Source of the DNA: Octopus bimaculoides
Lineage: Eukaryota
DNA: 64,000 nt
Reading direction: 5' to 3'
Assembly (NCBI RefSeq): GCF_001194135.2
Contig: NC_069001.1
Coordinates: 36,936,388-37,000,387, forward strand
Shown here: positions 24,501 to 37,437 of the stretch, piece after piece
Position numbering within the stretch: position 1 is the first letter of the stretch
Layout: every line of letters begins with the position of its first letter
Position numbers and translations under genes: made by a program
Notes under the pieces: model-generated
Seen by the model: only the letters and a program-made list of their open reading frames with translations
Told to the model about the DNA's origin: nothing
Databases searched by the model: none

Positions 24501-25412
24501 GAAAAACAGAAAAAAACTCGTTTTTACTACGCACACCTTAAATAGACAAGTTCAATAAATAGAACAATACAATGATCATTTACATGAATCAATGATCCTT
24601 TACAGACGAAGATGTTTCTTTTGTGTGTTTTATCTACAAGGAACTTATATAGTTACATTTACTATGCAAAATGTAAATACGGCAGCTGTTTCATCTCTCA
24701 TGAAGTGGTTATTAGTGGAAAGATAGCATCAGCTCATAAACCATGTTTTCCCAGTCATATGGACATTCATATGCGCAGGCATGGCTGTGTGGTTAAAGAG
24801 ATCCCTTTCCAACCATGTGGGATTAAAGTTCAGTCCCACTGTGCAGCACCTTAGGCAAGTACCTTTTACTGTAGTCTCAGGCCAACCAATGTCTTGTGAG
24901 TGTGTAAGTTCATTTGGTACACAGAAACTGTGTGGAAGCCAGCCAGCCTTGCATACATGGGCACATGCACCCAGACACATGGCTGACTTCTGCCATAATG
25001 AATTCCATCTGACCCAAACAACCATGAAAAAGTGGATCTTAAAACGATGATGAATAAAGTAAAACCGACTCTACCAGTTTGTTTCTGTTTTGAATGAAAC
25101 AAACACTTGTATACTTTTTCCCATCCACTGCAACACACAAATCTCAGATCAAATTTCCTGTCAAACAAGTCTAAACTGACAACACTGAACGCTTGTTGAT
25201 CTGATCTGTTTATTTAATAGACCTAAAAAGAAATATGGTTTGTTTTTTTCTCTGTTAAAGAACAGATGTTCAAAGCTGGGTCAAACAATAGCAAACACAA
25301 AATGTCAACAAAATAGCCAATACAGTACCGTTCAACCTGCTAGAAACAACAGCTAAATCACTTACATCAGATAGAACCATCTTAAAACAAGGACACATGA
25401 AATGGTGTAGAC

Positions 25413-25666
25413 CAGCAGTTCTCAACCATTTTTTACCTATGGACCCCTCTGGTTCCCATTTTACTTGGGTGGACCCTAACAACCATTCCATATTTAAGAA
25501 ATCCTATTATATTTTGATAATTAAATATTATTAAAAAAATTGTATTAATAAGATTGTTAAAATACTTTGTGCATTGTAGAAGTATTACCAGTTTATTGGA
25601 GATAAATTTTAACAAAATCCTACATGGAACCCTAAAGGCCATATGGACCCTGGTTGAGAAACACTG
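25413..25666. mobile_element. hAT-type MITE, TSD GTGTAGAC/GTGTAGAA
   Basis: TIRs CAGCAGTTCTCAACC / GGTTGAGAAACACTG; 7 of 8 TSD bases match. Confidence 0.8.
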
Positions 25667-26112
25667 GTGTAGAATATTACTGAATCACCAGTACAGTGTC
25701 ACTCAACATGCTAGAAACAACAGCTAAACCTCCCTTGCATCAGACAGAACCATCTAAAAAAGTGCAAGGAGATGTAAAATAGTGTAGACTACAGCTGAAT
25801 AACAAAAAGAGGAAGAAAAAAAGAAACAAGAAAACTAGATAGACAGATCTATTTAATGGCTGAGTTCACCTGAGTTGACTCTTTAATAGACTTCAATAGC
25901 TAAAGATATTTCAAATGATAAACACACACACACATGGATATACATGTACACATGAATACACACACACATACGATGGGTACCAGCAATTTCTATCTGCCAA
26001 ATTTCATGGTCAACCCAAGACTATGGAGGACCATATGATTGAGACGTGAACTTTTTAACCACATGGGCATGTCTGCAATCACTCCTACACACACACATAC
26101 ATGTAGTATACT

Positions 26113-26154
<42 letters not shown>

Positions 26155-26306
26155 GTTGAAATTTACAGAAAAACAAAAGATGAAGACAGGTGTATAAACA
26201 ACAAGCAGGTGTATTAGTTTAATGCTCGGGAAGGTGAGAAAATCTTTTACGTTTCGGCTGCTCTTCAACAGAAAAGAACACAAGGAAATAAACAGAGGAA
26301 TAAAAG

Positions 26307-26383
<77 letters not shown>

Positions 26384-29233
26384 TATATAAGTAAAGTAAA
26401 GTTTTGGATGGTTTGACAGAAGCTGCCAAGTCAAAGGATAACACCAAGGTCCACTGTCTGCTTTGGCATAGATTCTATGGCTGGATGCCCTTGCCAGCTC
26501 TGGTCAAACCATCCAATCCATGTCAAACAGACATTAAAAGATGATGATGATAATATATATTTAATCCATAAATGTTAGTTCAATAGAATTCCTTTTTGTT
26601 TTGTCTATAGCTATTCAGATAACCAGAGGCTGAAGCAATTTATTAATTTGTCACACAAACAATTATAGATTAAATGTTGACTCATTCTCAGAAGTGTCTA
26701 TGCGTTCTTTATTCTAAGTGGTCGGACATAGCTTTTTTGAACTTGTGTGCATGTGTGAATGTCCTTTTGTCTGCCTCAACAAATGCCATTTGGCTCATGT
26801 AAACATGGAAACCAAACACTGATGATGTTTTCGAGGAAAATAGGAAACAAGTGATACCACTTGTATGACAGGGATGCTCATTCACAATTGTTACATGATG
26901 TCAAGACAAGTGCACACACACACACACACACACATACATACACGCACACACAATTGTCTTCTTTCAGTTTCTGTCTAACACATCCACTCAGAAGTCTTTG
27001 GTTGACCCATGGCTATACTAAAAGACACTTGCTCAAAATGCCACAGAGTGGGACTGAACTCAAAACCATGTGAGTGGGAAGCAAACTTCTTAACCACACA
27101 ATTATACCTGCATAAAAAGAAAAAAAAACCTTTAGACTATTAATCAAAGTAGGCTTCAGTAGAGACTATGCTATGTTGATGAGGCTGATTAAGACAGGAG
27201 CATGTCCTTAGTTGTTTCTCTTGATGGCAAACAAAGATCAGATTTCCCATCACCACCGCCCAATGCATGTAAATTTATTTTGTGAAATTATTTCTTAATT
27301 TTTGACATTCATCTCCCCTTTTTCTTTAAGGGTTGCAAACAAAAATAAAAACAATTTGAGTTACTTTCTCTGACTTCCAAGGAAATGTTACTTAACTGAG
27401 ACATTTTGATCTACGTTCAGCACAGCACACCAAGACATACTTGATTTATGATATGATATTTATTTCTTTATTGCATACAGGGGGCTAAACATAGAGGGGA
27501 CAAACAAGGACAGACAGAGAGATTAAGTCGATTACATCGACCCCAGTGCATAACCGGTACTTATTTAATTGGCCCCGATTCTGCCAACTTGCTGCCTTAT
27601 GATATAATATTCTTTTCTACTCTAGGCACAAGGCCCGAAATTTTTGTGAAGGGTGGAGGCCAGTCAATTAGATCAACCCTAGTATGCAACTAGTATTTAA
27701 TTTATCGATCCCAAAAGGATGAAAGGCAAAGTCAACCTTGGTGGAATTTGAACTCAGAACATAAAGATAGACAAAATACTACTAAGCATGTCGCCTGGCT
27801 GGTAATGTTTCTTATTTCTTTACTACCCAAAAGGGGCTACACACAGAGGGGACAAACAAGGACAGACAAATGGATTAAGTCAATTATATCGACCCCAGTG
27901 CATAACTGGTACTTATTTAATCGACCCCGAAAGGATGAAAGGCAAAGTCGACCTCGGCGGAATTTGAACTCAGAACGTGGCGGCAGATGAAATACTGCTA
28001 AGCATTTCGCTCGGCGTGCTAACGTTTCTGCCAGCTCGCCACCTTATGATATAATATTACTGATCTAAATTGGTTCTGACTTCATTGTATCCTGTTTGTT
28101 GAAGTATATCTCAGATGTTGATTATGTATTAAGAATTGTCTCACGCTTAGCACATGACTAGGTCATCTAGATCAATCAATCAATCAATCAACAGATCAAT
28201 GAGTTTGCAAAACAAACAAAATAAGAAATTACAATAACTAAAGGTCAGATGGTATTACTTAAGAAATCATTAACTAGATACGTTAATTTTTAACATAAAC
28301 AACAATATACATTTGAATAAAAGGGAACAACTGACCTAAGTACGAGCTGGTATTTAATTTTATTAATCAGAGCAAGATCAAAAGGTACAGATGTCTTTGG
28401 ATAGATCTGGTCAGAACAAACAGGTAGGTGGGGGGTGGGGGTTATGAAATTGTTATCTACAAAAATATACATTGCATATACAGTGGTTTTGCCAAACCGC
28501 TAAGTTATGGGGACATAAACACACCAACACCAGTTCTCAACCAGTGATGGGGGGACAAATACAGACACAAAGACACACACACACATATATGACAGGCTTC
28601 TTTCAATTTCCATCTACCAAATCCACTCACAAGGATCTGGTTGACCCGAGGCTATAGTAGAAGACATTTGCCTAAGGTCCTACAGTGGGACTGAACCCAG
28701 AACTATGTGGTTGGAAAGCAAGCTTTTTACCACTTGTGTTGTAAGAAGCTTACCACACATATATTTATATATGCTAAAGATAACCCCCAGAAGGTGCTTC
28801 TTTCCTACACACCAAAATGGATGGAGCTTTAGCTGGTAAGAACTGATGTCATCAGATGGTATCCAACAATCATCAGCTATCTCAACCTTGAACTATAACA
28901 CCATCCTGTTGATGGGTCAGCAGAGGTGGCCAAATCACTGCTCATCATCTCCTGTACCACAACTATGATTTCACTCAGCTTTGTGGGTCTTCTACTCAGG
29001 CACAGCCTATTGCCAAGGGTCTCAGCCATTTGTCATTGCCTCCCTGAGGCCCAACGCTCAAAAGGTGCTTTTTATGAACCACCGGCATCAACCACATTGC
29101 CTCCATGTGCAATGATGCATATAGTTGTATGTGTACTTGTATGAGTCGTGATGTATGTGTACCAGTGTATATACTGGTATACGTATAGTGCTACAAGGGT
29201 CAGTAGTGGTAATTGCATAGTCATACTTTACAC

Positions 29234-29538
29234 CAGTGCTACTCAATGTGGTGGTCTGCGGACTGGTGCCAGTCTGTGAGCCATCAGCTGCCAGTAAGTG
29301 GCAAGTTTCCAGAAAAGAAAGAAACATTATAAAATGCATATAAAATGCTTGTGTAATATTGTATTATTTGTTTACAAAATAAATATAAGATAATAAAAAT
29401 TGTCAACTTTTATTTTGTTTATTATATATATTGTTTCTGGTATAAATTAATATTACTAAGAAATATTACTGGTCCCTGGCTCGCTGGAAAAAAAAGAAAA
29501 CTGCCAGTACACCACATCAGATAATTTGAGAAGCACTG
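29234..29538. mobile_element. hAT-type MITE with perfect 8-bp TSD CTTTACAC
   Basis: TIRs CAGTGCTACTCAA / TTGAGAAGCACTG; TSD at 29226-29233 and 29539-29546. Confidence 0.88.
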
Positions 29539-30395
29539 CTTTACACAACTATATAAGCTGGTACACATACACGACTATGCACAGCACCATATGATTTCAA
29601 ACTGCATCTGATAGTAGGGTCCTGGTTCAAGAATTCTAGGGTGTTTAGGAGTGTAGGACCACCTCTTAGCTGCTGTTGATCCTAGGTGCACTGTGACCTG
29701 GAGAAAGAGCACTTGTCAAAGTCTCAGCTATTGGTTAATTAGCATGTTAGGGCTTGCCTACCTATGCATGTGAAGACTGGGTCCGGCTGACTCTCCAGAA
29801 GACATTTTCATGATTCAACAGAGAGGAAGGCAGCTTTAGCAATGCACTGTAGAATGCAGAGAGCAAGATGAGACAAGTAAGACATCTTGGTCATCCACTG
29901 CGTCTGTCTCCATCCCCAGTTGTCTTGACCTGGTCCTGCCGCTGGATTGAGGGTGGTTATGGTCAAGAGAATGAGGTTTGATGCATGCAACTCTTCCTCA
30001 TTTTAAACAAAGTCACTACACAAGTCCATCAACCATCCCCAAGGATGACTAAATGGTCTGCCTCGTTGCTCTGATGGAGGAACATGATACTTGTACATGT
30101 GTAGTTGTGGGTAATGGTGTATGTGTAGATGCGTGTGTACTTGTCAATATGTAAATGTGTATGTAGAAGTGTTCGTGGAGCAGTCTGTGAGTGTATTACA
30201 GTGTATGTATAGTAATAGTTGTACAGTGGAGTGTGTGTGTGTGTGGAGCTAATGATGTTTGAACAACAACGATTAACAGCGTGAGCGCGTGTATGTGTGT
30301 GTGTTTTATACAGTCTCTATACTTGCGTATATAGTGCTCTGTGTCTAGTAGGTAGTGTAGTGAAATGTGTGTATTTGCGTAAATAAAGGTGTATG

Positions 30396-30449
<54 letters not shown>

Positions 30450-32622
30450 GGGGCCTGAGACGCCATTGTCTACCTACACGGACAAGGACTATCTGTCACG
30501 ATGGCTGCCAAACGCACCCATAGAATAAAATAAAACATCGGTGATGCCTATCTAACTTAACTAGGTTTTTACCATCTTTGGTTACAGCAGGTAACCCTCG
30601 TACGTACATTAAGCAGCAAACGAAAGACTGAAGTAATCTAGTCAGTAAACGGAACATAGATGAAGGAAGCTGTTCCCCATCTCTGACAGATCACCCCCAA
30701 CCCACCCCGACTTGCCAGATATATCGACACTGACCTCAATACCACTATGCGTGACTAAACACGGACACGGGTGAAACACTTTCCATCAATGGTCTCTGGA
30801 GCTGATGTAGGGATAGCTAACACCTAAAATATATATCATATATGAATTATATTACAGACAAGCGATATATAGTATGTAATTATTATTACTGTTACGCGTC
30901 TAGGCAATCCTTCGGTATTAGTAATCGACGTCATTCAACCACACAACGTTCTTCAAGACATAAAGAGACTAGGCTGAAAAAGAGGATGGATGACGTCCAC
31001 CACCATTACCATCATCGTGTGTCTTTAGTAGATGTGTATATTCAGCGGCGGAGTTTCTATACTTGCTACATTTCTTCTGGCTCTTCATGTTCCGAGTTCA
31101 AATCCCGCCGACGTCCACTTTGCCTTTCATCCCTTTGAAGTCGAGAAAATAAAATACCAGACAAGTACCGAGATCGATAGTATCGACTAATCCCCTTCAC
31201 CCTCAAAATTGCTAGCGTTGTGTCTAAATTACAAGCCATTAGAGGTTAACGGTCGATAGAATCGATAAAGGTTCGGATAAAATGTCTTGGATATTTATTG
31301 ATTCAAATCCCTTACATATTGAGGTTTACNNNNNNNNNNNNNNNNNNNNNNNNNNNNNNNNNNNNNNNNNNNNNNNNNNNNNNNNNNNNNNNNNNNNNNN
31401 NNNNNNNNNNNNNNNNNNNNNNNNNNNNNNNNNNNNNNNNNNNNNNNNNNNNNNNNNNNNNNNNNNNNNNNNNNNNNNNNNNNNNNNNNNNNNNNNNNNN
31501 NNNNNNNNNNNNNNNNNNNNNNNNNNNNNNNNNNNNNNNNNNNNNNNNNNNNNNNNNNNNNNNNNNNNNNNNNNNNNNNNNNNNNNNNNNNNNNNNNNNN
31601 NNNNNNNNNNNNNNNNNGGTTTGTTTTCTCGAGGCTTTAAAAAACTTAGGTACTGGGATCGGTTTGTTCGACTAAAACCCTCCAACGCGGTGCCCCAGCC
31701 TGGCCGCAGTGGAGTGATTGAAACGGGTAAAAGATAAAAAGAAACTTGTGTATGTATGTGTTTAGTATACCTGAACACTGTACACAATAAGCTCACCATT
31801 ATCATTAATCATTACTATTATGTATTTCTCCACACAAAATTATTGGCACCGATTGCGGCCGAGGTTTACACACCATTATTATAATGTAAATCTTTCGAAT
31901 GACAAATACTAACCGCAATGGTTTCAGAGCTTTTTTTAGGTTTCATTAAGGGAAACAAAAATAATTAAGAATAAAACATTTCTTAGCACGCATGGAAATA
32001 CAACATAAAAATCGAAGATTATTTTTAATAAATAAATAATACATTTGGTATTCCATCAAGGTCTGTCTCTGGAAATATTCCATGAGATACTTAAATCATC
32101 GATTATTTTTTTTATTCTCTCTATCTCGTTGTGATACCAAAAATATTCTTTTAAGAGATGGGGCCCTTATAGTAATTAAGCGGGGTCAAATAATTCTATA
32201 TTTATTTCTGGCAGCTAGTAAATCGCAATTAGAACTATCGAATCAATAAGGAAATATATCTTTACAATTACATGGTAAAAAAAAATGTGCCATTTTCCCA
32301 TCCATCCATCCATCTCTTCGGGAAATAAAAGCTGTAAAGGGGCCAACACAAAATTACTCCAGCTGCCTCAAATAGCAACCAAATTCCTTCGATTTAATTC
32401 CCAATGAAGGGAAGGATACATTGGTTAAAATCGTCAGACACACTCTGAAGGGATTGTCATGGCTGGAATACTACTGAAGGATGAAGGCAAACCAGGAAAA
32501 ATTACTATTTACTTCTACAACAAAACATCGACAATTGCTTGAAGTATGTGTGTATACATACATACATACATATACATACATACATACACATATATACATA
32601 CATACATACAGACAATATGAGT

Positions 32623-32661
<39 letters not shown>

Positions 32662-33426
32662 NNNNNNNNNNNNNNNNNNNNNNNNNNNNNNNNNNNNNNN
32701 NNNNNNNNNNNNNNNNNNNNNNNNNNNNNNNNNNNNNNNNNNNNNNNNNNNNNNNNNNNNNNNNNNNNNNNNNNNNNNNNNNNNNNNNNNNNNNNNNNNN
32801 NNNNNNNNNNNNNNNNNNNNNNNNNNNNNNNNNNNNNNNNNNNNNNNNNNNNNNNNNNNNNNNNNNNNNNNNNNNNNNNNNNNNNNNNNNNNNNNNNNNN
32901 NNNNNNNNNNNNNNNNNNNNNNNNNNNNNNNNNNNNNNNNNNNNNNNNNNNNNNNNNNNNNNNNNNNNNNNNNNNNNNNNNNNNNNNNNNNNNNNNNNNN
33001 NNNNNNNNNNNNNNNNNNNNNNNNNNNNNNNNNNNNNNNNNNNNNNNNNNNNNNNNNNNNNNNNNNNNNNNNNNNNNNNNNNNNNNNNNNNNNNNNNNNN
33101 NNNNATATATGTAGTTCTGGAAGACTGAACTGTGGTTAGTACAGGTCAAAATATATAATTTAGAAAATACTGTCAGCAAAACAACGATTTCTAGAAATAA
33201 TAATAAAAAAAAAACAGATGTATTTTATAGACAAGAGTTATTTCGCGATTCCTTGTTGTTATTGAGACACAGAGATCCGGGCTTTTGCGTAATGTTACAC
33301 TAATATAACCATTATATTTACATACATATATGTGTATACGTGTGAATCTAACGCATCCTAGATTGCCTTGATAACATTGTGTTAGCATATAATTTCGGAT
33401 ATAAAAATTTGACTGTTATTTTATAC

Positions 33427-33539
33427 CATTTTTTTAATGTATCTAAATATGTTGGCACAAAAGAAACAAACGATCGTCGGTGATCTATGGTGTTATCATC
33501 AATTAAAGATGTGATTGTCGCCATCCTTGTTCTTGTTGC
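33427..33539 (-). CDS. Candidate 5' exon 2 of a minus-strand transcript; ATRTRMATITSLIDDNTIDHRRSFVSFVPTYLDTLKK
   Basis: Pyrimidine-rich acceptor ..GTCTATATAAAG|, ATGGCG at 33524, donor TG|GTATAA. No recognised homology. Confidence 0.4.
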
Positions 33540-33670
33540 CTTTATATAGACAGACAAATAGACAGATAGAAAGATAGATTTGGCCGGTTTATTTCTTAAG
33601 GGCATTATTTATATACTCTACTGCTCTATAACTTAGAGTGTGCTTCTCTTTTGGATTTATCATTTACTGA

Positions 33671-33717
<47 letters not shown>

Positions 33718-34463
33718 NNNNNNNNNNNNNNNNNNNNNNNNNNNNNNNNNNNNNNNNNNNNNNNNNNNNNNNNNNNNNNNNNNNNNNNNNNNNNNNNNNN
33801 NNNNNNNNNNNNNNNNNNNNNNNNNNNNNNNNNNNNNNNNNNNNNNNNNNNNNNNNNNNNNNNNNNNNNNNNNNNNNNNNNNNNNNNNNNNNNNNNNNNN
33901 NNNNNNNNNNNNNNNNNNNNNNNNNNNNNNNNNNNNNNNNNNNNNNNNNNNNNNNNNNNNNNNNNNNNNNNNNNNNNNNNNNNNNNNNNNNNNNNNNNNN
34001 NNNNNNNNNNNNNNNNNNNNNNNNNNNNNNNNNNNNNNNNNNNNNNNNNNNNNNNNNNNNNNNNNNNNNNNNNNNNNNNNNNNNNNNNNNNNNNNNNNNN
34101 NNNNNNNNNNNNNNNNNNNNNNNNNNNNNNNATATATATATATATATATATACACAGGCACGTTTTTATCTGTAATCAAAACAGATATAAGTGCTATCCG
34201 ACAGTACATATAATCGTTTTCATATGTGTGTGTACGTGTGTAGTCATTTCATGGAAATTAATGATTCTACGATTTACCTTTTTATTTACTTTTTGGGGGA
34301 GTTTGGGTCTTTTTTTTTTTTTGTTTTTTACATATTTGATTTTGAAAACCTGAACTGCTTCTATTTAGTTTACTCCACCACAATATAAAAAACAACTTCC
34401 CAACCACGATATATCAAAATAAAAAAAAAGAGAATCAAATGTATTTTGTCGTGTATATTTTAC

Positions 34464-34574
34464 CTGAATATCATTGTGGGTTAATTTCGAAGATCTGCCA
34501 GATATTTGTCCCAAGAGCTGTTGGTTGGTGTTAGCAGCAACAGAGGATCCATCCTTTCCCCTTGGACACATCAT
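34464..34574 (-). CDS. Candidate first exon (coding or UTR); MMCPRGKDGSSVAANTNQQLLGQISGRSSKLTHNDIQ
   Basis: Immediately downstream of the ETS/E-box motif; donor CAG|GTAAAA; in frame with 33539-33427. Confidence 0.3.
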
Positions 34575-34608
34575 TACTTCTGCAGGTAAGCATGGGAACA
34601 ACAACAAA

Positions 34609-34625
34609 CTTCCACGTGACTTCCG
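34609..34625 (-). promoter_or_regulatory. Composite ETS + E-box promoter motif CGGAAGTCACGTGGAAG
   Basis: Read directly on the minus strand inside a CpG-retaining unique region. CGGAAGT and CACGTG are typical of metazoan TATA-less promoters. Confidence 0.55.
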
Positions 34626-34926
34626 TTGTTGAGCTTTAATAAATTTAAATATCTTCACGCTATCATCTGTTTCACCCAACAATTCTTTCCTTTGTATATA
34701 TAAATATTAATTTTTCCACATTTTTTTCAGTTTATTAACCTTAGCAAAATAACGTAGCTTTAAAATCTCTTCTCGTTTTTCGTCCGGCATTTGTTCTGTG
34801 TTCTCGATTTTTGGTTATTATAGCTGTATTTCTTCACCTGACAATACTGCTTTCTGCCATCTCTCTTACCCTTTTACGACGCTTTGTAATGCACCATAAG
34901 TTTGTTGTGAGTGTGTGTGTCTAGAC

Positions 34927-34964
<38 letters not shown>

Positions 34965-35067
34965 GTGTGTATTATAGTTCCATTCGTATATCAGAGGCCT
35001 TATAGAGGAAATATGGTTCTTATAGCCTTTTGTGTACGCACCTTCTATCCACAATTCGATTTGTCAG

Positions 35068-35187
35068 CAATCCTTCGTTACTAGTAGACGACGCCGATCA
35101 CCCACACAAGTTTCCCTTATGACATAGATAAAGAGGTTAGGCTAAACAAGAGCGTGAATGGCGTCGTCTACTAATACCGAAGGATTG
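35068..35187. repeat. 120-bp element with 28-bp inverted arms (2 mismatches)
   Basis: CAATCCTTCGTTACTAGTAGACGACGCC ... GGCGTCGTCTACTAATACCGAAGGATTG; a partial arm also occurs at ~30905-30930. Confidence 0.8.
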
Positions 35188-36156
35188 GCGGTTTGACTTC
35201 CCAATTATCATGTCTTTGTAGAAGGTGTCCGCTGTTGTTTTAGTTCTGCATAGTCTGTCTTCAGTCACTGTTTGATTTCAAGGTTATATGCAGCGGCCTT
35301 AGTCAAAGTTAAGGTTACATGCGGTGAGGCGAGCTGCCAATGATGACAAGAACTTCGTGGTTAGTGACCCAGTCATTCCAAACGTCACAGGCTGGAAAAT
35401 ATAGTTCACTGCCAGGTCCCGATACTTTAGGGTTTTGTTCCATTTGGCTACAGTAGCAATGACTGTCCCATTTACCGCAGCATCCAGGATGTGGGAGGGA
35501 GCAAAAGAGTCACTGACTGTGGTACCCCAGATGAAGCACCTACCTCTAACCTGGAGACATAGAGCAAGACCTTCTGGTCTCTTTCCATCACTTCTACGCT
35601 ATTAAGCGTGAAGTTGTAATAAAAGAAGCAGTTTAATAAAAAAAAAAAGTTGTATTAAATACAAAACATTATTGGAAAATATATTCTAAGTACCGTATTA
35701 ATGTATATGTCATACTATTTTATATTTGAGTTTAACTGGAAAAAACTATCAACAGGAAAAAAAATTTGCAAAACAAAGACACACTATGTGGTAGTACGAC
35801 ACCACCAGATGACGCCAGTTGGCAGACTGATGCCTGGGGGTTACATAAAGTGGTTTCTAGCAGCAGAAGCCTGAACAACAATGGGCTTGTCCCACAGAGA
35901 ATGTCTCCAGTTACTTTTGGGTACCCCCTCATATTTGCTTGGCCATTAGTTATTTGAAAAATAAGAAACTGCCAAATCTTGGAGAAGATTTTTCCTTGAT
36001 TTGCTTGTCAAATGCTGAGATGTGTTCTGCTTGAATGCCACCAGAGCTCAGCAATTGCTTTGGCCTACTTGGCAAAAGGTGTGATGTCTATCCTCTATGG
36101 TGATCTCAAACCACTGCAAAGATGTTAACTTGTGAAAAGGGTGCAAATTTCAAGTA

Positions 36157-36213
36157 TATCTAGGGATGATGGGACTATCTTGGGATGATTGGACTATCTT
36201 GAGATGATGGGAC
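36157..36213. repeat. 3 x 19-bp tandem repeat TATCTTGGGATGATGGGAC, resuming after the solo LTR (37438-37468)
   Basis: Read directly. Confidence 0.85.
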
Positions 36214-37437
36214 TGTAAGGGACGACCGTGCGAACTCAAAAAGGAGAAATGGTGACGAATGGAAAAACAGAGGACTCCTTTTATTTAAACGCGTCACACG
36301 GTCGAACACACAATAATATATATCAATAATGATATATATGATATGTTATACGACGATAACATAGATGACCAGTAATGAAAGACCACAACCGTATTAGATG
36401 AATAACAGAGATATTTATCGTAGCGTTAAAGATGTATGTCTGTGTGAGAGTGTGAATGCGACATATAAGAACATAATCAAAGACAGGCCGTCATACAAAG
36501 AAAAGTGTGTATGTGAGTGATACATGTGTGTATGAGAAATATTACAGCAGAGAAAAAGAGAGTCAATANNNNNNNNNNNNNNNNNNNNNNNNNNNNNNNN
36601 NNNNNNNNNNNNNNNNNNNNNNNNNNNNNNNNNNNNNNNNNNNNNNNNNNNNNNNNNNNNNNNNNNNNNNNNNNNNNNNNNNNNNNNNNNNNNNNNNNNN
36701 NNNNNNNNNNNNNNNNNNNNNNNNNNNNNNNNNNNNNNNNNNNNNNNNNNNNNNNNNNNNNNNNNNNNNNNNNNNNNNNNNNNNNNNNNNNNNNNNNNNN
36801 NNNNNNNNNNNNNNNNNNNNNNNNNNNNNNNNNNNNNNNNNNNNNNNNNNNNNNNNNNNNNNNNNNNNNNNNNNNNNNNNNNNNNNNNNNNNNNNNNNNN
36901 NNNNNNNNNNNNNNNNNNNNNNNNNNNNNNNNNNNNNNNNNNNNNNNNNNNNNNNNNNNNNNNNNNNNNNNNNNNNNNNNNNNNNNNNNNNNNNNNNNNN
37001 NNNNNNNNNNNNNNNNNNNNNNNNNNNNNNNNNNNNNNNNNNNNNNNNNNNNNNNNNNNNNNNNNNNNNNNNNNNNNNNNNNNNNNNNNNNNNNNNNNNN
37101 NNNNNNNNNNNNNNNNNNNNNGTACACGGAACAGTCTCTGAGAGAAACTGGACCGAGACAAATTTGTGGGGTATGAGTTGATCTATTTATAGCGTTAAGG
37201 GGGCTCCAAGACGGTGATAGAAAAACGCTATCACGTGACCTTATTAAGGGCTGTGGTTGGTCAGTTTGCGTTCTGGCGGGAACGGTTCGAAGAAGTTGCC
37301 GATTCGAATAATGATCAGTCACGTGATGACAAGGAATGGGTTCTCTACTACGCTCGCATTTATTTATATTTAAATGAGAAGATTGTATGTAATGGCGATA
37401 GTAGTTTGTATCTAATGGCGGAAGTAGTTTCACTACA
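36214..37437 (-). mobile_element. Solo LTR (Ty3/gypsy-like, 4-bp TSD GGAC), contains an N-gap
   Basis: Termini TGTA...TACA; GGAC at 36210-36213 and 37438-37441; minus-strand TATAAA at 37191-37186 and AATAAA at 36285-36280; CpG-rich. Confidence 0.8.

Noticed and set aside
33427-33428. Selenocysteine codon created by splicing 33427 to 25205 (TG|A)
   Set aside because: No redox-type context (KK*S), no SECIS identified, and a missing exon in the nearby N-gaps is a simpler explanation.
34470-34591. Plus-strand donor CTGCAG|GTAAGC with open frame LWVNFEDLPDICPKSCWLVLAATEDPSFPLGHIITSA
   Set aside because: No upstream ATG or acceptor in that frame and no downstream partner exon found; it overlaps the better-supported minus-strand exon.
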